Assembly (NCBI GenBank): GCA_964388265.1
Contig: CAYLXZ010000007.1
Location: 8,241 to 29,850 of the forward strand
Direction: 5' to 3'
Source of the DNA: Candidatus Micrarchaeota archaeon
GTDB taxonomy: Archaea > B1Sed10-29
DNA length: 21,610 nucleotides
Shown here: in pieces, positions 7,304 through 15,860 of the stretch
Position numbering within the stretch: the first letter of the stretch is position 1
How the letters are laid out: the number at the start of each line of letters is the position of its first letter
Made by a program: the position numbers and the translations under genes
The notes under the pieces: generated by a model
The model's database searches: none
What the model saw: only the letters and a program-made list of their open reading frames with translations
Told to the model about the DNA's origin: nothing

Positions 7304-7387
7304 TGCAGGGAAGGGGATTTGAACCCCTGAAGGCACTAAGCCAATGCGCCCTGAACGCATCGCGTTTGACCGCTCCGCCATCCCTGC
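7304..7387 (-). tRNA. tRNA-Leu(CAG)
   Basis: GCAGGGA/TCCCTGC acceptor, ATGCG-TTCAGGG-CGCAT anticodon arm, long variable arm, AGGGG-TTCAAAT-CCCCT T arm. Confidence 0.97.
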
Positions 7388-7417
7388 ATACCTAAGTGTG
7401 TATTAATGTTTTTATAG

Positions 7418-7561
7418 CGGGCCCGAGGGGATTTGAACCCCCGACTTGCTGGTTTCTCCAAACTTCTATTCCTTTATAGATGTTTCAGTTTTTTGCAAAT
7501 TTTTTCTCTTTGAAAAAGTTTTCCGAAGCCAGCCGCGCTGTCCGGACTGCGCTACGAGCCC
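7418..7561 (-). tRNA. tRNA-Arg(TCG) with a 69-nt intron at 37/38 (7454-7522)
   Basis: GGGCTCG/CGGGCCC acceptor, GCTGG/CCAGC anticodon stem, loop CT-TCG-G|A; canonical BHB with CTTC:GGAG helix, 3-nt bulges and AAACTT:AAGTTT outer helix. Confidence 0.95.
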
Positions 7562-7588
7562 TTTAAGTAGTATTTCCAACAGCTTTCT

Positions 7589-8704
7589 TTAAATGTTTCT
7601 GTTTCTCTTCACCGGCTGTTTTTCTCCTGTGAATTCATCTTCTTTTCTGTGGTCTCTTTTTCTCCCTTCGCTGTCTTCTCCATTCCTTTTACTTCTTTCT
7701 AAAGGTATGAATAGTTCTATTAAAGCGCAGAACGGTGATATGAATAGTGTTCCGTAGAGTAGAACAAAGGAACTTATAACTAAACCGGTGATGACAGGTA
7801 GTGCCTGGAGCATTATTCTAAGCATCGGAACCTGTTCGAACATGCTGTTTATAACGGCTTCGGATACTTTATCCTGCATCTGTTCGACTATGGTGGACTG
7901 GATGTTCGTTGCCATCCCTCCTTCTCCGTAGCTTTCTTTGAAGTTGTTATAGGAGTTGTTCATGACGTTATCCTGTTCTTCTTGGGTTAAATCGCTCCAG
8001 GTAAGGTCGTATTTTTCCTGTAGGGATTTATTGTACTCTGGAAGTATCTCTGGTTTGAATATGTTTTCCACGAACCAGTCCCTGGAGACGTTTCCCATTC
8101 CGCCTGTGCTCATGCCGGTTAGGTTCATCTGCTGGGTCTGCGCCTTAGTCACGTTCATGAGAGAGGATTTTAACTGTCCTTGTCTTTGTTGTAGATTGGC
8201 TGATGTCATTAGAAGCCCGACTAAGAAACCACCTATGCTTAGAGTGTATATAGCCTTTTTAGAGAGCCCCCAACCGTATTTGAGTCTTCTGAATTTCCCT
8301 TCTTTTTTCTCTGGGTGGCTTAGGTATGCTTGTAGGGCTACGCCCAGGGCGTAGAAGGAGATCATTAGGAAGAATACTGCCTGGTTCTTGAAGAAAGGGA
8401 ATAGAATGAGCGCAGGGATGAAGGAACCTATGATCCCTGCCATCACTATTTTAACTGAATCGAGTTCTCTGTTAAAGTAGTGTATGGTCATGAGGGCTCC
8501 TGAGAGCACGAAACCAGTTGATATTAGAAGTAGAGCTGTTTGTATGTTAAACAGTTGCATTGCTTTTCCGAGTTGGAAAGCGAAGTCAAAGGATATCCCT
8601 ATTTCTTGATATAGGTATAGCCATACGAGATTCAGTACTGTGAATATTCCTGTGGTTATTCCAAGGCATTTAGCTGAGTTTTTCTTAATCTGTAAGCACC
8701 TCAC
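7589..8704 (-). CDS. Hypothetical polytopic membrane protein with a large helical loop
   Basis: About 6 hydrophobic segments; start overlaps the end of map, so probably co-transcribed. Confidence 0.8.
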   Translation of the reverse strand: MRCLQIKKNSAKCLGITTGIFTVLNLVWLYLYQEIGISFDFAFQLGKAMQLFNIQTALLLISTGFVLSGALMTIHYFNRELDSVKIVMAGIIGSFIPALILFPFFKNQAVFFLMISFYALGVALQAYLSHPEKKEGKFRRLKYGWGLSKKAIYTLSIGGFLVGLLMTSANLQQRQGQLKSSLMNVTKAQTQQMNLTGMSTGGMGNVSRDWFVENIFKPEILPEYNKSLQEKYDLTWSDLTQEEQDNVMNNSYNNFKESYGEGGMATNIQSTIVEQMQDKVSEAVINSMFEQVPMLRIMLQALPVITGLVISSFVLLYGTLFISPFCALIELFIPLERSKRNGEDSEGRKRDHRKEDEFTGEKQPVKRNRNI

Positions 8705-9575
8705 ATCCGTCTTTCTCTACTTTAAGGGTTTTTTCTGCTTGTGATACGAGTGATCCTTCATCATCTTTTAATACAGGATAGGCTTTTAAACCTTTCCGGT
8801 CAGTGAGTTTCTTGAGAGCGAGTTTAAGTTTCAAGTCGTTGTAGTCTTCGGTTATCCATCTCTTTGCAAAGGGTAAGGACCTGTATTCTTTTTTTGTATG
8901 TTTCAACAGTTTTCTCGCGGTCTTGTTCCGAACCTGTATGTCTTCACTGTAGCTGTAGATTTCTGTGTGGCTTCCTTTTTTGATTCTACCTTCTCCTGTG
9001 GAGGCGAAGGGTTCTATGGCTATTATTTCACCTTCCTTTAGGTCTACTCCGTTTTCGGTTGGGATGTTTGGAATGGTTGGATTGCTGTGTGAGTTCCATC
9101 TTTTCAGCCCGTGTCCCGTTAGGTTTCTCACGGGTTTGAATCCTTTTTCTTCTATGGTTTTCTTTATCTCTTTCCCTATCTCCGATGTGTTCCTTCCTTT
9201 TTCTACGAGGGAAATAGCATTTTCCAGAGCTTCTTCACTGGCTTTAACCAGTTCTTGGTTTTCTTCGGTGAAGTCAATAGTGTAGGCTGTGTCTCCGCCT
9301 ACGTATCCGTCTATGTGTGTTCCTATGTCTATCTTGACTACTTGGTCTTCTTTGAATTTCCTGCCTGGGTCCTTGCCAGGGGTGTAATGTGCGGCTTCTT
9401 CGTTTCTGGATATGTTGACTGGGAAAGCGGGTTTCGCTCCTTTTTCCCGTATGAATTCCTCTATTTCTTCAGCTGCTTCGAGGTAGGTCATTCCTTTTTC
9501 TATCAGGTCTTTGGATTTCTCTCTGGCTTCTGCGGCTATTTCACCGGCTTTTCTGTATTTTTCCATTGCGTCCAT
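8685..9575 (-). CDS. map: Type II methionine aminopeptidase
   Basis: AFPVNIS.NEEAAHYTP, DIGTHIDGY..DTA, NLTGHGL, AIEPF and SQAEKT motifs. Confidence 0.96.
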   Translation of the reverse strand: MDAMEKYRKAGEIAAEAREKSKDLIEKGMTYLEAAEEIEEFIREKGAKPAFPVNISRNEEAAHYTPGKDPGRKFKEDQVVKIDIGTHIDGYVGGDTAYTIDFTEENQELVKASEEALENAISLVEKGRNTSEIGKEIKKTIEEKGFKPVRNLTGHGLKRWNSHSNPTIPNIPTENGVDLKEGEIIAIEPFASTGEGRIKKGSHTEIYSYSEDIQVRNKTARKLLKHTKKEYRSLPFAKRWITEDYNDLKLKLALKKLTDRKGLKAYPVLKDDEGSLVSQAEKTLKVEKDGCEVLTD

Positions 9576-9579
9576 GGGT

Positions 9580-11925
9580 TCACGTCCATCTGTTCAGTTC
9601 GGATTGTTTTCCAGCGTATTTTAAATCGTTTTTCTTTACTCCAAGTTCTTTAAGAATCTTCATTGCGGCTGGTATGACCTGGTGGTCTATGTAGTAGTTT
9701 GAGTCGTATCCTTTGCCTTTGAATAGCTCTATGGGTTGTGATCTGTCGGATATTGAGCCTCTTCCTTCGGTTATTATGTATCCTATCACTGTTCCTCCTT
9801 TCACGTTGTATCCTTCGTCTTCGAGTTTTCGTGCTGCGGTTACGTGTGGGCCTATTGATTCGTAGTTATCTATGTTTTTCTTCATCGTGGTGTATATAAC
9901 TAATTTCTCCGGATCTACTTTTTTGTCTTTGAGGTTTTGAACTACTTTTTCCACGTGTTCAACGGCTTTTTCTGGTTTTCCTTCTTCAAGGACTTTTTTA
10001 ATCACTTGTTCTTGGGTTTCTTTAGCTATTTTTGCCCAGTCTCTTCTAACGAGGGCGAATCCTTTTATCTCGAGTTTTCCATCTTCTTTCATCAGCGCGT
10101 ATTTCTTTTTGGCTGCTTTCCCGCTTTTCTTTGACACGAACACTCCTCTTGGGTAGTATCCTTCGTACTCGAGCTTCATCTTACCTGGAAGGTCGTTGTT
10201 TATATCTTCCAGCCAGTTTTCCAGGTCTTCTTTTGACTGAGAATCTTTTAATTTCAAGAAAACGGAATCTGTGTCTCCGTAGATGACGTTAAAGCCGTTT
10301 TCCTCGGCTTTTTCAATCGTGTTCTTTATGTATTGCCTGCCCCACCCTGTTATCGTTGCTTCTGCGCATTCTCTGGAGTACCATCGGGCTCTTGCGTATC
10401 CGAGGTACCCTATGACTGAGTTCGCTATTATCTTCAATGCCTGTGACCTGTATTCGAGCCTTTCTTTTTCTTTTTCATCGTCTGTTTCCTTTATCTTTTC
10501 TTTGACTTTGTCTCTGGTTTCTATGAGTTTTTCAACTACTTGTGGAACCAGTGATCCTCCTTTTTTATGGAATTTCTGTCCGGTTGGCGCTTTGTAGTGT
10601 TCTTTCTCGCATTCTTCATCTTCACAGAGCGTGTGGGGCCCTATGTTCTTCGCTACTACTATCGTGGGGTAAAGTGACTTGAAGTCACAGACTACGAGGT
10701 CTTCGTGCAGCCCTGTTTCCGGTGTCTTGACGTAGGCTCCTTTAACTGGGTTTCTCTGCCTTTTCTTCACTTTTTCTTTGTACGGTCTTCTTGGGATGAG
10801 TATGTCTTTTTTGAATGCTTCTCTGCTCAGTAGCCATTCCACCATGTTCGAGGCACTTTGCCTGGATACATCGTACGGTGGAAGACCTATTAGTCGTGTT
10901 AGTTCTTTGTATAGGGGTATTACTTCTTCTGATACTTGGTATGCGGCTATTGAATCTTCGAGGTTATATTTTTTGAGTTCTTCGAGTTTTTCTCCGCCTT
11001 CTTCCCAGTATTCGTATATCTGTTTGGAGGTTAGATCTGTTTTTTCTTCTCCTGTGAACTCTTCGTACACGGTTTCCAGGGAGTTTTTCGGTAGGTTGAG
11101 CGATCCTATGCCTGATAGGAAGTCCACGGCTTTGTAGGTGTCGAGGTGCATTCTTCCGAACATCTTGGCGCTTGATGCGAATCCTCTTTTCCTGATTTTC
11201 GCTTCTGATCCATCGGTTCCTAAGTCGAGTTTTAATCCGTGTTCCTGGGCTCTGTGTTCGAGGTACGGCCAGTCGAACCTCGTGCCGTTGTAGGTTTCTA
11301 TGATGTTTTTGTCTTCTTTTTTGATTTTTTCGATAAGTTTCTCTATGGTTTCTTTCTCCGTTCCTTGTTCCTCTGTCCAGTGGAATACTTTTTCTTCGTC
11401 TTCGTCTTTGTAGGATATGAGGGTTATCGGGTCTTCATCTGGATCTGGTTTTCCTTTGGCGTGTACTTCGAGGTCGAAAGCGCATTTGCTGAGTTCTGGA
11501 ACTTCTTTTTCTCTTTCGGGCAGTTCGTTGATCTCTTTGAGTGTGTTGTCCTTGGTTTCCATGTCGTAGTAGGTTAGGGGGTAGAGGTCTTTGTCTATTA
11601 GGTACCGGTACCTGTAGGGTATTGTATGTTCTCTGGGTTCTCCGATCTCTTTTTCTTCTTCTGCGTATTTTTTAACCGCGTTCAGTTCACTTGGGTCTTT
11701 TAGAATGATTTTAAGTGCTTTTCCCTGTTTTTTATTGACTTCTTCGAGTTTCTCCACTTCTTCTCTTTCTTCGAGTGTTTTTTTAGCTTTTTCCATGTTT
11801 TCTGGGAGTAGGTAGAAGTAGTGGTTGAATCTCTGTTTAAGTATGCGGTTTTCCTGTCCGATTACCTGGGTTTTAACGGTGTTTGGTTCTTCGCCTTTAT
11901 CTATGTCGAGTATGTAGTTTTCCAT
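9580..11925 (-). CDS. polB: Family B DNA polymerase (archaeal PolB3-type)
   Basis: Exo motifs FDLE, YNG..FD, YNLED; Pol motifs DFKSLYP, KIIANS, YGDTDS, KKKYA; C-terminal PIP-like QSELNRW; no intein. Confidence 0.97.
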   Translation of the reverse strand: MENYILDIDKGEEPNTVKTQVIGQENRILKQRFNHYFYLLPENMEKAKKTLEEREEVEKLEEVNKKQGKALKIILKDPSELNAVKKYAEEEKEIGEPREHTIPYRYRYLIDKDLYPLTYYDMETKDNTLKEINELPEREKEVPELSKCAFDLEVHAKGKPDPDEDPITLISYKDEDEEKVFHWTEEQGTEKETIEKLIEKIKKEDKNIIETYNGTRFDWPYLEHRAQEHGLKLDLGTDGSEAKIRKRGFASSAKMFGRMHLDTYKAVDFLSGIGSLNLPKNSLETVYEEFTGEEKTDLTSKQIYEYWEEGGEKLEELKKYNLEDSIAAYQVSEEVIPLYKELTRLIGLPPYDVSRQSASNMVEWLLSREAFKKDILIPRRPYKEKVKKRQRNPVKGAYVKTPETGLHEDLVVCDFKSLYPTIVVAKNIGPHTLCEDEECEKEHYKAPTGQKFHKKGGSLVPQVVEKLIETRDKVKEKIKETDDEKEKERLEYRSQALKIIANSVIGYLGYARARWYSRECAEATITGWGRQYIKNTIEKAEENGFNVIYGDTDSVFLKLKDSQSKEDLENWLEDINNDLPGKMKLEYEGYYPRGVFVSKKSGKAAKKKYALMKEDGKLEIKGFALVRRDWAKIAKETQEQVIKKVLEEGKPEKAVEHVEKVVQNLKDKKVDPEKLVIYTTMKKNIDNYESIGPHVTAARKLEDEGYNVKGGTVIGYIITEGRGSISDRSQPIELFKGKGYDSNYYIDHQVIPAAMKILKELGVKKNDLKYAGKQSELNRWT

Positions 11926-11999
11926 GGGTGTTTCCTTTTTCCGTTGGTTTTTAATATCTAAGTTCCTTAATTGATTTAAAGTTATTGATTGGTGACTGA

Positions 12000-12455
12000 A
12001 TGGCTCGACGAGATGATGAAGGTAAAGGCGGTGGAAGAGTAGGGGTTCTTAACTCCAAGATGAGCGTCATAGCTCAGAGGCTTAAAGTCCTGGATAAGAA
12101 TGTTAAGGTACTGGCTAAGACAGTTACCCATAACAACAACCGGCTTAAGAAACTTAAGAAAGAAGTAGATCAACTTAAAGAAGAAGGCGTAGAGACAGGT
12201 GGATCCGAATCCACGGGCGGATCCGCTGAACTTGAAGATAAAGTTGATGAATTATCAGATAAAGTTGAATCTATAAAGGAGACAGTGGAGGGTAATAAGG
12301 AAGGTTTAGAGGATTTTGAGGATCAGGTAAGTGAATTTGAGTATGTTATCGATTCTATTAATCCTGTTGAGTACTTGACTTCCGAGGAGATAAGTGAATT
12401 GATCGATGAGAAGATAGAGAAGGCTAAGAAGGAAATGGAAGGCACTGAATCTTAG
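12000..12455 (+). CDS. Coiled-coil hypothetical protein
   Basis: Two heptad stretches separated by a G/S/E linker; C-terminal YVIDSINPVEY motif; GGTGA RBS. Confidence 0.85.
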   Translation: MARRDDEGKGGGRVGVLNSKMSVIAQRLKVLDKNVKVLAKTVTHNNNRLKKLKKEVDQLKEEGVETGGSESTGGSAELEDKVDELSDKVESIKETVEGNKEGLEDFEDQVSEFEYVIDSINPVEYLTSEEISELIDEKIEKAKKEMEGTES

Positions 12456-12471
12456 GGTTTGAAGCATTGGC

Positions 12472-13956
12472 TTAATCTTGAGTTAGGTAGGGTCTGAGGT
12501 TTACTCTGTATGGTTTTCCCTCTTTTTTCTTCACTGCTACTTGGTTGTCTTTTACGAAGTCCTGTCTTAGGGTTGTTTCTTTAAGGAGAGGTTGGTATAT
12601 ATTTATCTCGTTTTTGGCTCCTACTGCGTATCCTATTCCGTATGAATTGGCGTTGGTGAGGATTTCGAGTATGTTTTCGTTCAGTCTTTCAGTTGGCTTT
12701 GCGGGTGTGTATGTTTTGGCGTGTGGTAGGATTACTAATGCTCTTAGTCTTTTTTGGAATCCTTCTTGTTTGTTTTCTTCGTAGAGTGTTTTGAGGAATG
12801 AGTATGCGAAGGCTCTTTTAAGGTTTGATGGGAGTGCGGAGGTGTCTATTCTTATCACGGTTCCCATTGACTGTAGGTAGGCGGATACCATTGATCTTAG
12901 ATCCATTTCTCCGTCCATGAAGTCGGGGTAGATTTGGTTGAGTACCTTCATCCATCTTACTCCTCTGTATTTGTGGAAGGTTTTCACGTCTTCTTTTACC
13001 GCGGTTAATTCTTCTTCTATGTCTTTCAGGGATTTCAGTTTCTTGTCGTTGCTTATTATTTCGTCTATCATCTCTGCGGTTTTTTTACCTGCGTATTCGT
13101 TTTCTTCGTCGGGTACGTTGATCACTTCTCTGAATGCTTTCTTGTCAAGTTGATTTAGATCTATCTGTATCTCTCCTGGCTTTAGGTTTCGTACGGGTAG
13201 GCCTATGGGCTGTAGTCCTGGGTATTCTTGGTGTGGGAACTTGGGGTTCGGTGAGCTTAGTGACTTGAATCTGTTTGAATCGTCGAATATGACTCCGTTG
13301 ACTCCTGCGAGCACGCAGTTTTCGAGGAGTAGGTGTATGGCTTTCTGTCTTTGTTTTTCTTCTCCTATTATGGTTGTGGCTTTGAATTTGTCTATTGTTT
13401 CCTCTGCTTTTAATCCGTCTTGTTTTTTACCGAGCAGTAGCTTGCCTTTCTCTGGTTCTATTTCTTTTTCTTCTTTTCCGGTGAGGAGCGCTGGAAGTAG
13501 GACAGGTCTTTTGAATAGTAGGGATTCTTCTTCTTCGCTGATGTTTTTCAGTTCGGTTAGGTCTACTTGGTATTTCTTGCTGAGTTCTTGGAGTTTCTTC
13601 TCTTTTTCATGGACGTTTTGGAACATTTCCTCGACTTTTGCGTCGATTTTCTTTGTCTCTGGCTTGGTGTACTGTGGGCCTGTGGATAGTGAGAAGAATC
13701 TGCCTTTCTGTGTGGGGTAGTTTTCTTCGAATAGGAGTGAGTACCCTCCGAGCTCTGTGTTCAACTTCGATACATCACCAGCTACTACGAAGTACTTGTT
13801 CAGAAACAGGACGAAGCCCTGTAGCTCTCCATCTTCTCGATCCTCCACCGCTGTTAATGTATGGCTCTCTGGGTTCTTGAACAAGTGAACCTCTGTACCG
13901 GACCATTCGCCTTTGAAGAGCCTTTGCCACGGCCCCCTTGGAAAGTCAAGTTCCAT
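12472..13956 (-). CDS. HerA/FtsK/VirB4-like P-loop protein with degenerate Walker motifs
   Basis: Motif order LLLGK...TTIIG[EEKQRQK]A...LLEN...VIFD...LVIL[PHA]...YGIGYAVGA matches HerA-family layout; ATG at 13956 with GGTGA RBS. Confidence 0.7.
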   Translation of the reverse strand: MELDFPRGPWQRLFKGEWSGTEVHLFKNPESHTLTAVEDREDGELQGFVLFLNKYFVVAGDVSKLNTELGGYSLLFEENYPTQKGRFFSLSTGPQYTKPETKKIDAKVEEMFQNVHEKEKKLQELSKKYQVDLTELKNISEEEESLLFKRPVLLPALLTGKEEKEIEPEKGKLLLGKKQDGLKAEETIDKFKATTIIGEEKQRQKAIHLLLENCVLAGVNGVIFDDSNRFKSLSSPNPKFPHQEYPGLQPIGLPVRNLKPGEIQIDLNQLDKKAFREVINVPDEENEYAGKKTAEMIDEIISNDKKLKSLKDIEEELTAVKEDVKTFHKYRGVRWMKVLNQIYPDFMDGEMDLRSMVSAYLQSMGTVIRIDTSALPSNLKRAFAYSFLKTLYEENKQEGFQKRLRALVILPHAKTYTPAKPTERLNENILEILTNANSYGIGYAVGAKNEINIYQPLLKETTLRQDFVKDNQVAVKKKEGKPYRVNLRPYLTQD

Positions 13957-14030
13957 TCTTTCACCGTCTGGTAAATTAAAAAACTTTATATTAATAAACC
14001 TTCCTTGCTTTAACAACTTAGGGGGATACC

Positions 14031-14567
14031 ATGAATGACGAAGATGTCGAGAACATAAAAGAGATAGTTACCTCGATGAAGGACTCCGGAGCATCGGACG
14101 AAGAGATCAAGAACAACCTGAAGCAGATGGATTTCTCCGAAGAACAGATAGAGAAAGTTCTGAATCAAATAGAAAGCGAAGGAGAACCGGAGGCCGATGA
14201 ATTAGAGGAACAGGTTAAGAAGGTTAGCGAAGGAATGGAGCCTATAACCGAGAAAATCGAGGAAATAGACCAGAAAGCAGAGGAAAGTCAAGAGAAACAT
14301 GAATCCGTTGAAGAGAAGGTGAAAGAGGTTCAGGGAACAGCTGAAGAACATAAACAGAAACTTGAAGGCGTGGAAGAGAAAGCGGAAGAAGCTGCTGAAG
14401 AAGTTAAAAAAGTCAAGGAAAACCATGAAGAGGCTCATGGAGTGAGCAATCAGAAGATATACCAAGAAGTAAGGGATCTGAAGAACCAGGTCAGTGCATT
14501 GAAAGATATAAACGAAGATATACTTAAAACTAATAAGAAACTGCTCAGAGAACTTTCTGAGGAGTAA
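14031..14567 (+). CDS. Acidic coiled-coil hypothetical protein with a small N-terminal helical domain
   Basis: MKDSGASDEEIKNNLKQMDFSEEQI N-terminus, then long E/K heptads; GGGGG RBS; divergent from the ATPase-like gene. Confidence 0.85.
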   Translation: MNDEDVENIKEIVTSMKDSGASDEEIKNNLKQMDFSEEQIEKVLNQIESEGEPEADELEEQVKKVSEGMEPITEKIEEIDQKAEESQEKHESVEEKVKEVQGTAEEHKQKLEGVEEKAEEAAEEVKKVKENHEEAHGVSNQKIYQEVRDLKNQVSALKDINEDILKTNKKLLRELSEE

Positions 14568-14572
14568 GAGAG

Positions 14573-14821
14573 TCAGTCATCATCTTTTTCTTTTAATTTG
14601 ATTGGAAGCCCTTTGAACACTTTATCCAGTATAGATAGGTCTCCTGACTTGAGTTTACCTGTGTCGGCTTCCTGGTAGATATCAAGTTCTTCAGGGTATT
14701 CACCGTGTTCGAGCGGTAGGTCGGCTATCGGATCCGGAAGTATGGGGTGCTGCTCCATCTTCTTTTTCTTCTTAGGTGGACGTGACTGTATGACCACGTG
14801 TTTAGTCTTTTTTTCACTCAT
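14573..14821 (-). CDS. Small soluble Pro-rich protein (last gene of the RHH operon)
   Basis: ATG directly abuts the upstream TAG; YPEELDI resembles the motif shared by the three upstream genes. Confidence 0.75.
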   Translation of the reverse strand: MSEKKTKHVVIQSRPPKKKKKMEQHPILPDPIADLPLEHGEYPEELDIYQEADTGKLKSGDLSILDKVFKGLPIKLKEKDDD

Positions 14822-15175
14822 CTAATCACCTTTTATCTTCTTACCAAGCCACTTAGCCGTTGGTCCAAGGGTTCCTTTCAGCGCTTTCGCTGTGTGTGAT
14901 TCTTTAGCGTCTTTATCCGGACTTACTTTCATGGTTATGTCATCGGGAATCGTATAGTCTGGTTTTCTCTTGGACTCTATCTCGATGGGATCCATTACTT
15001 GGGCTTGGGAACTGGATTTGGAGGGTTCTTTAGAGCTGTTGAAGGTTTTGGATATTCCTGTTCCTATTCCTGCGATTAGGGCGATTCCTCCGATTGCCTT
15101 TGCGAGGAATATGTATCCTCCTATGTAGAGGAAGCCTGCTACGGCGATCATTGTAAGGACGTTTCCGGTATCCAT
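14822..15175 (-). CDS. Small membrane protein, paralog family A
   Basis: N-terminal hydrophobic hairpin, Ser linker, VMDPIEI...IPDDITMKVSP, basic amphipathic tail; AGGTG RBS. Confidence 0.85.
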   Translation of the reverse strand: MDTGNVLTMIAVAGFLYIGGYIFLAKAIGGIALIAGIGTGISKTFNSSKEPSKSSSQAQVMDPIEIESKRKPDYTIPDDITMKVSPDKDAKESHTAKALKGTLGPTAKWLGKKIKGD

Positions 15176-15184
15176 TTTTCACAC

Positions 15185-15529
15185 CTATTTAAGCATCTTG
15201 AATAGGCCTTTGGCAGCTCCTTTAACCATTATTCCGGCGCTGTTCACCATGTCTCCGGCCTTCACTCTTTTCTTTTTACCGTCCGGGTAGACGCTTATTT
15301 CCCCGTCTTCTGGGTATAGGTTAGGTGGGTCTCCTGTGTCTTCGTATACTACGGGGTGGAGGACTGTTTCTTCTTCTCCGGACCCTGAATTTCTTTTGCT
15401 GGAGCTGTTTCCTGTTGAGTACATCATCAGCGCTACTGCGGCTGTTAGGCCTCCGACTATCACTATTGATTCGAGGTAGATTCCTGCGAATACCGCTGTT
15501 AGTGCTACGATAGCGGTTTCAATCTTCAT
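15185..15529 (-). CDS. Small membrane protein, paralog family A
   Basis: Same layout, VLHPVVY...YPEDGEISVYP; ATG at 15529 overlaps the upstream stop. Confidence 0.85.
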   Translation of the reverse strand: MKIETAIVALTAVFAGIYLESIVIVGGLTAAVALMMYSTGNSSSKRNSGSGEEETVLHPVVYEDTGDPPNLYPEDGEISVYPDGKKKRVKAGDMVNSAGIMVKGAAKGLFKMLK

Positions 15530-15860
15530 CCGATCCACCCCCTATCTTTTTCGTGGCTGCCCCTATGCATTTTCCTAGGTAGCCTAAGCCTTTACCTAGA
15601 TCTGCTTTTGCTCCGGTTTTGTGTGGGCTGAGGTTTATGCTCATGTCGTCTGGGTATATGGAGTCGGGGCCGTCGTACTCTCTCTTTACTTTTATGGGTT
15701 GGACCTTGACGTTGGATGAGTTGTTTGGGGAAGAGGTTTTTTCTTTGGTTAGGAGGTGGGTTAGGCCTGTGGCTATTCCTGTGAGTAGGGCTATCTGTGT
15801 GAGTCCGAGGTATAGCATGGTTAGGGCGGATGCTCCGAGTATTAGGGTGGATTTATTCAT
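15519..15860 (-). CDS. Small membrane protein, paralog family A
   Basis: Same layout, VKVQPIKV...YPDDMSINLSP; ATG at 15860 with GGAGGTGG RBS. Confidence 0.85.
   Translation of the reverse strand: MNKSTLILGASALTMLYLGLTQIALLTGIATGLTHLLTKEKTSSPNNSSNVKVQPIKVKREYDGPDSIYPDDMSINLSPHKTGAKADLGKGLGYLGKCIGAATKKIGGGSDED

Noticed and set aside
10260..10690. Inteins at the usual PolB insertion sites
   Set aside because: The SLYP, IANS and GDTDS motifs are contiguous and the protein is of normal length (781 aa).
9580..11925. PolB as the polymerase of a casposon responsible for the tRNA-end duplications
   Set aside because: It is a full cellular-type PolB in an operon with map, outside the duplicated boundaries; no cas1 or terminal inverted repeats are visible around it.
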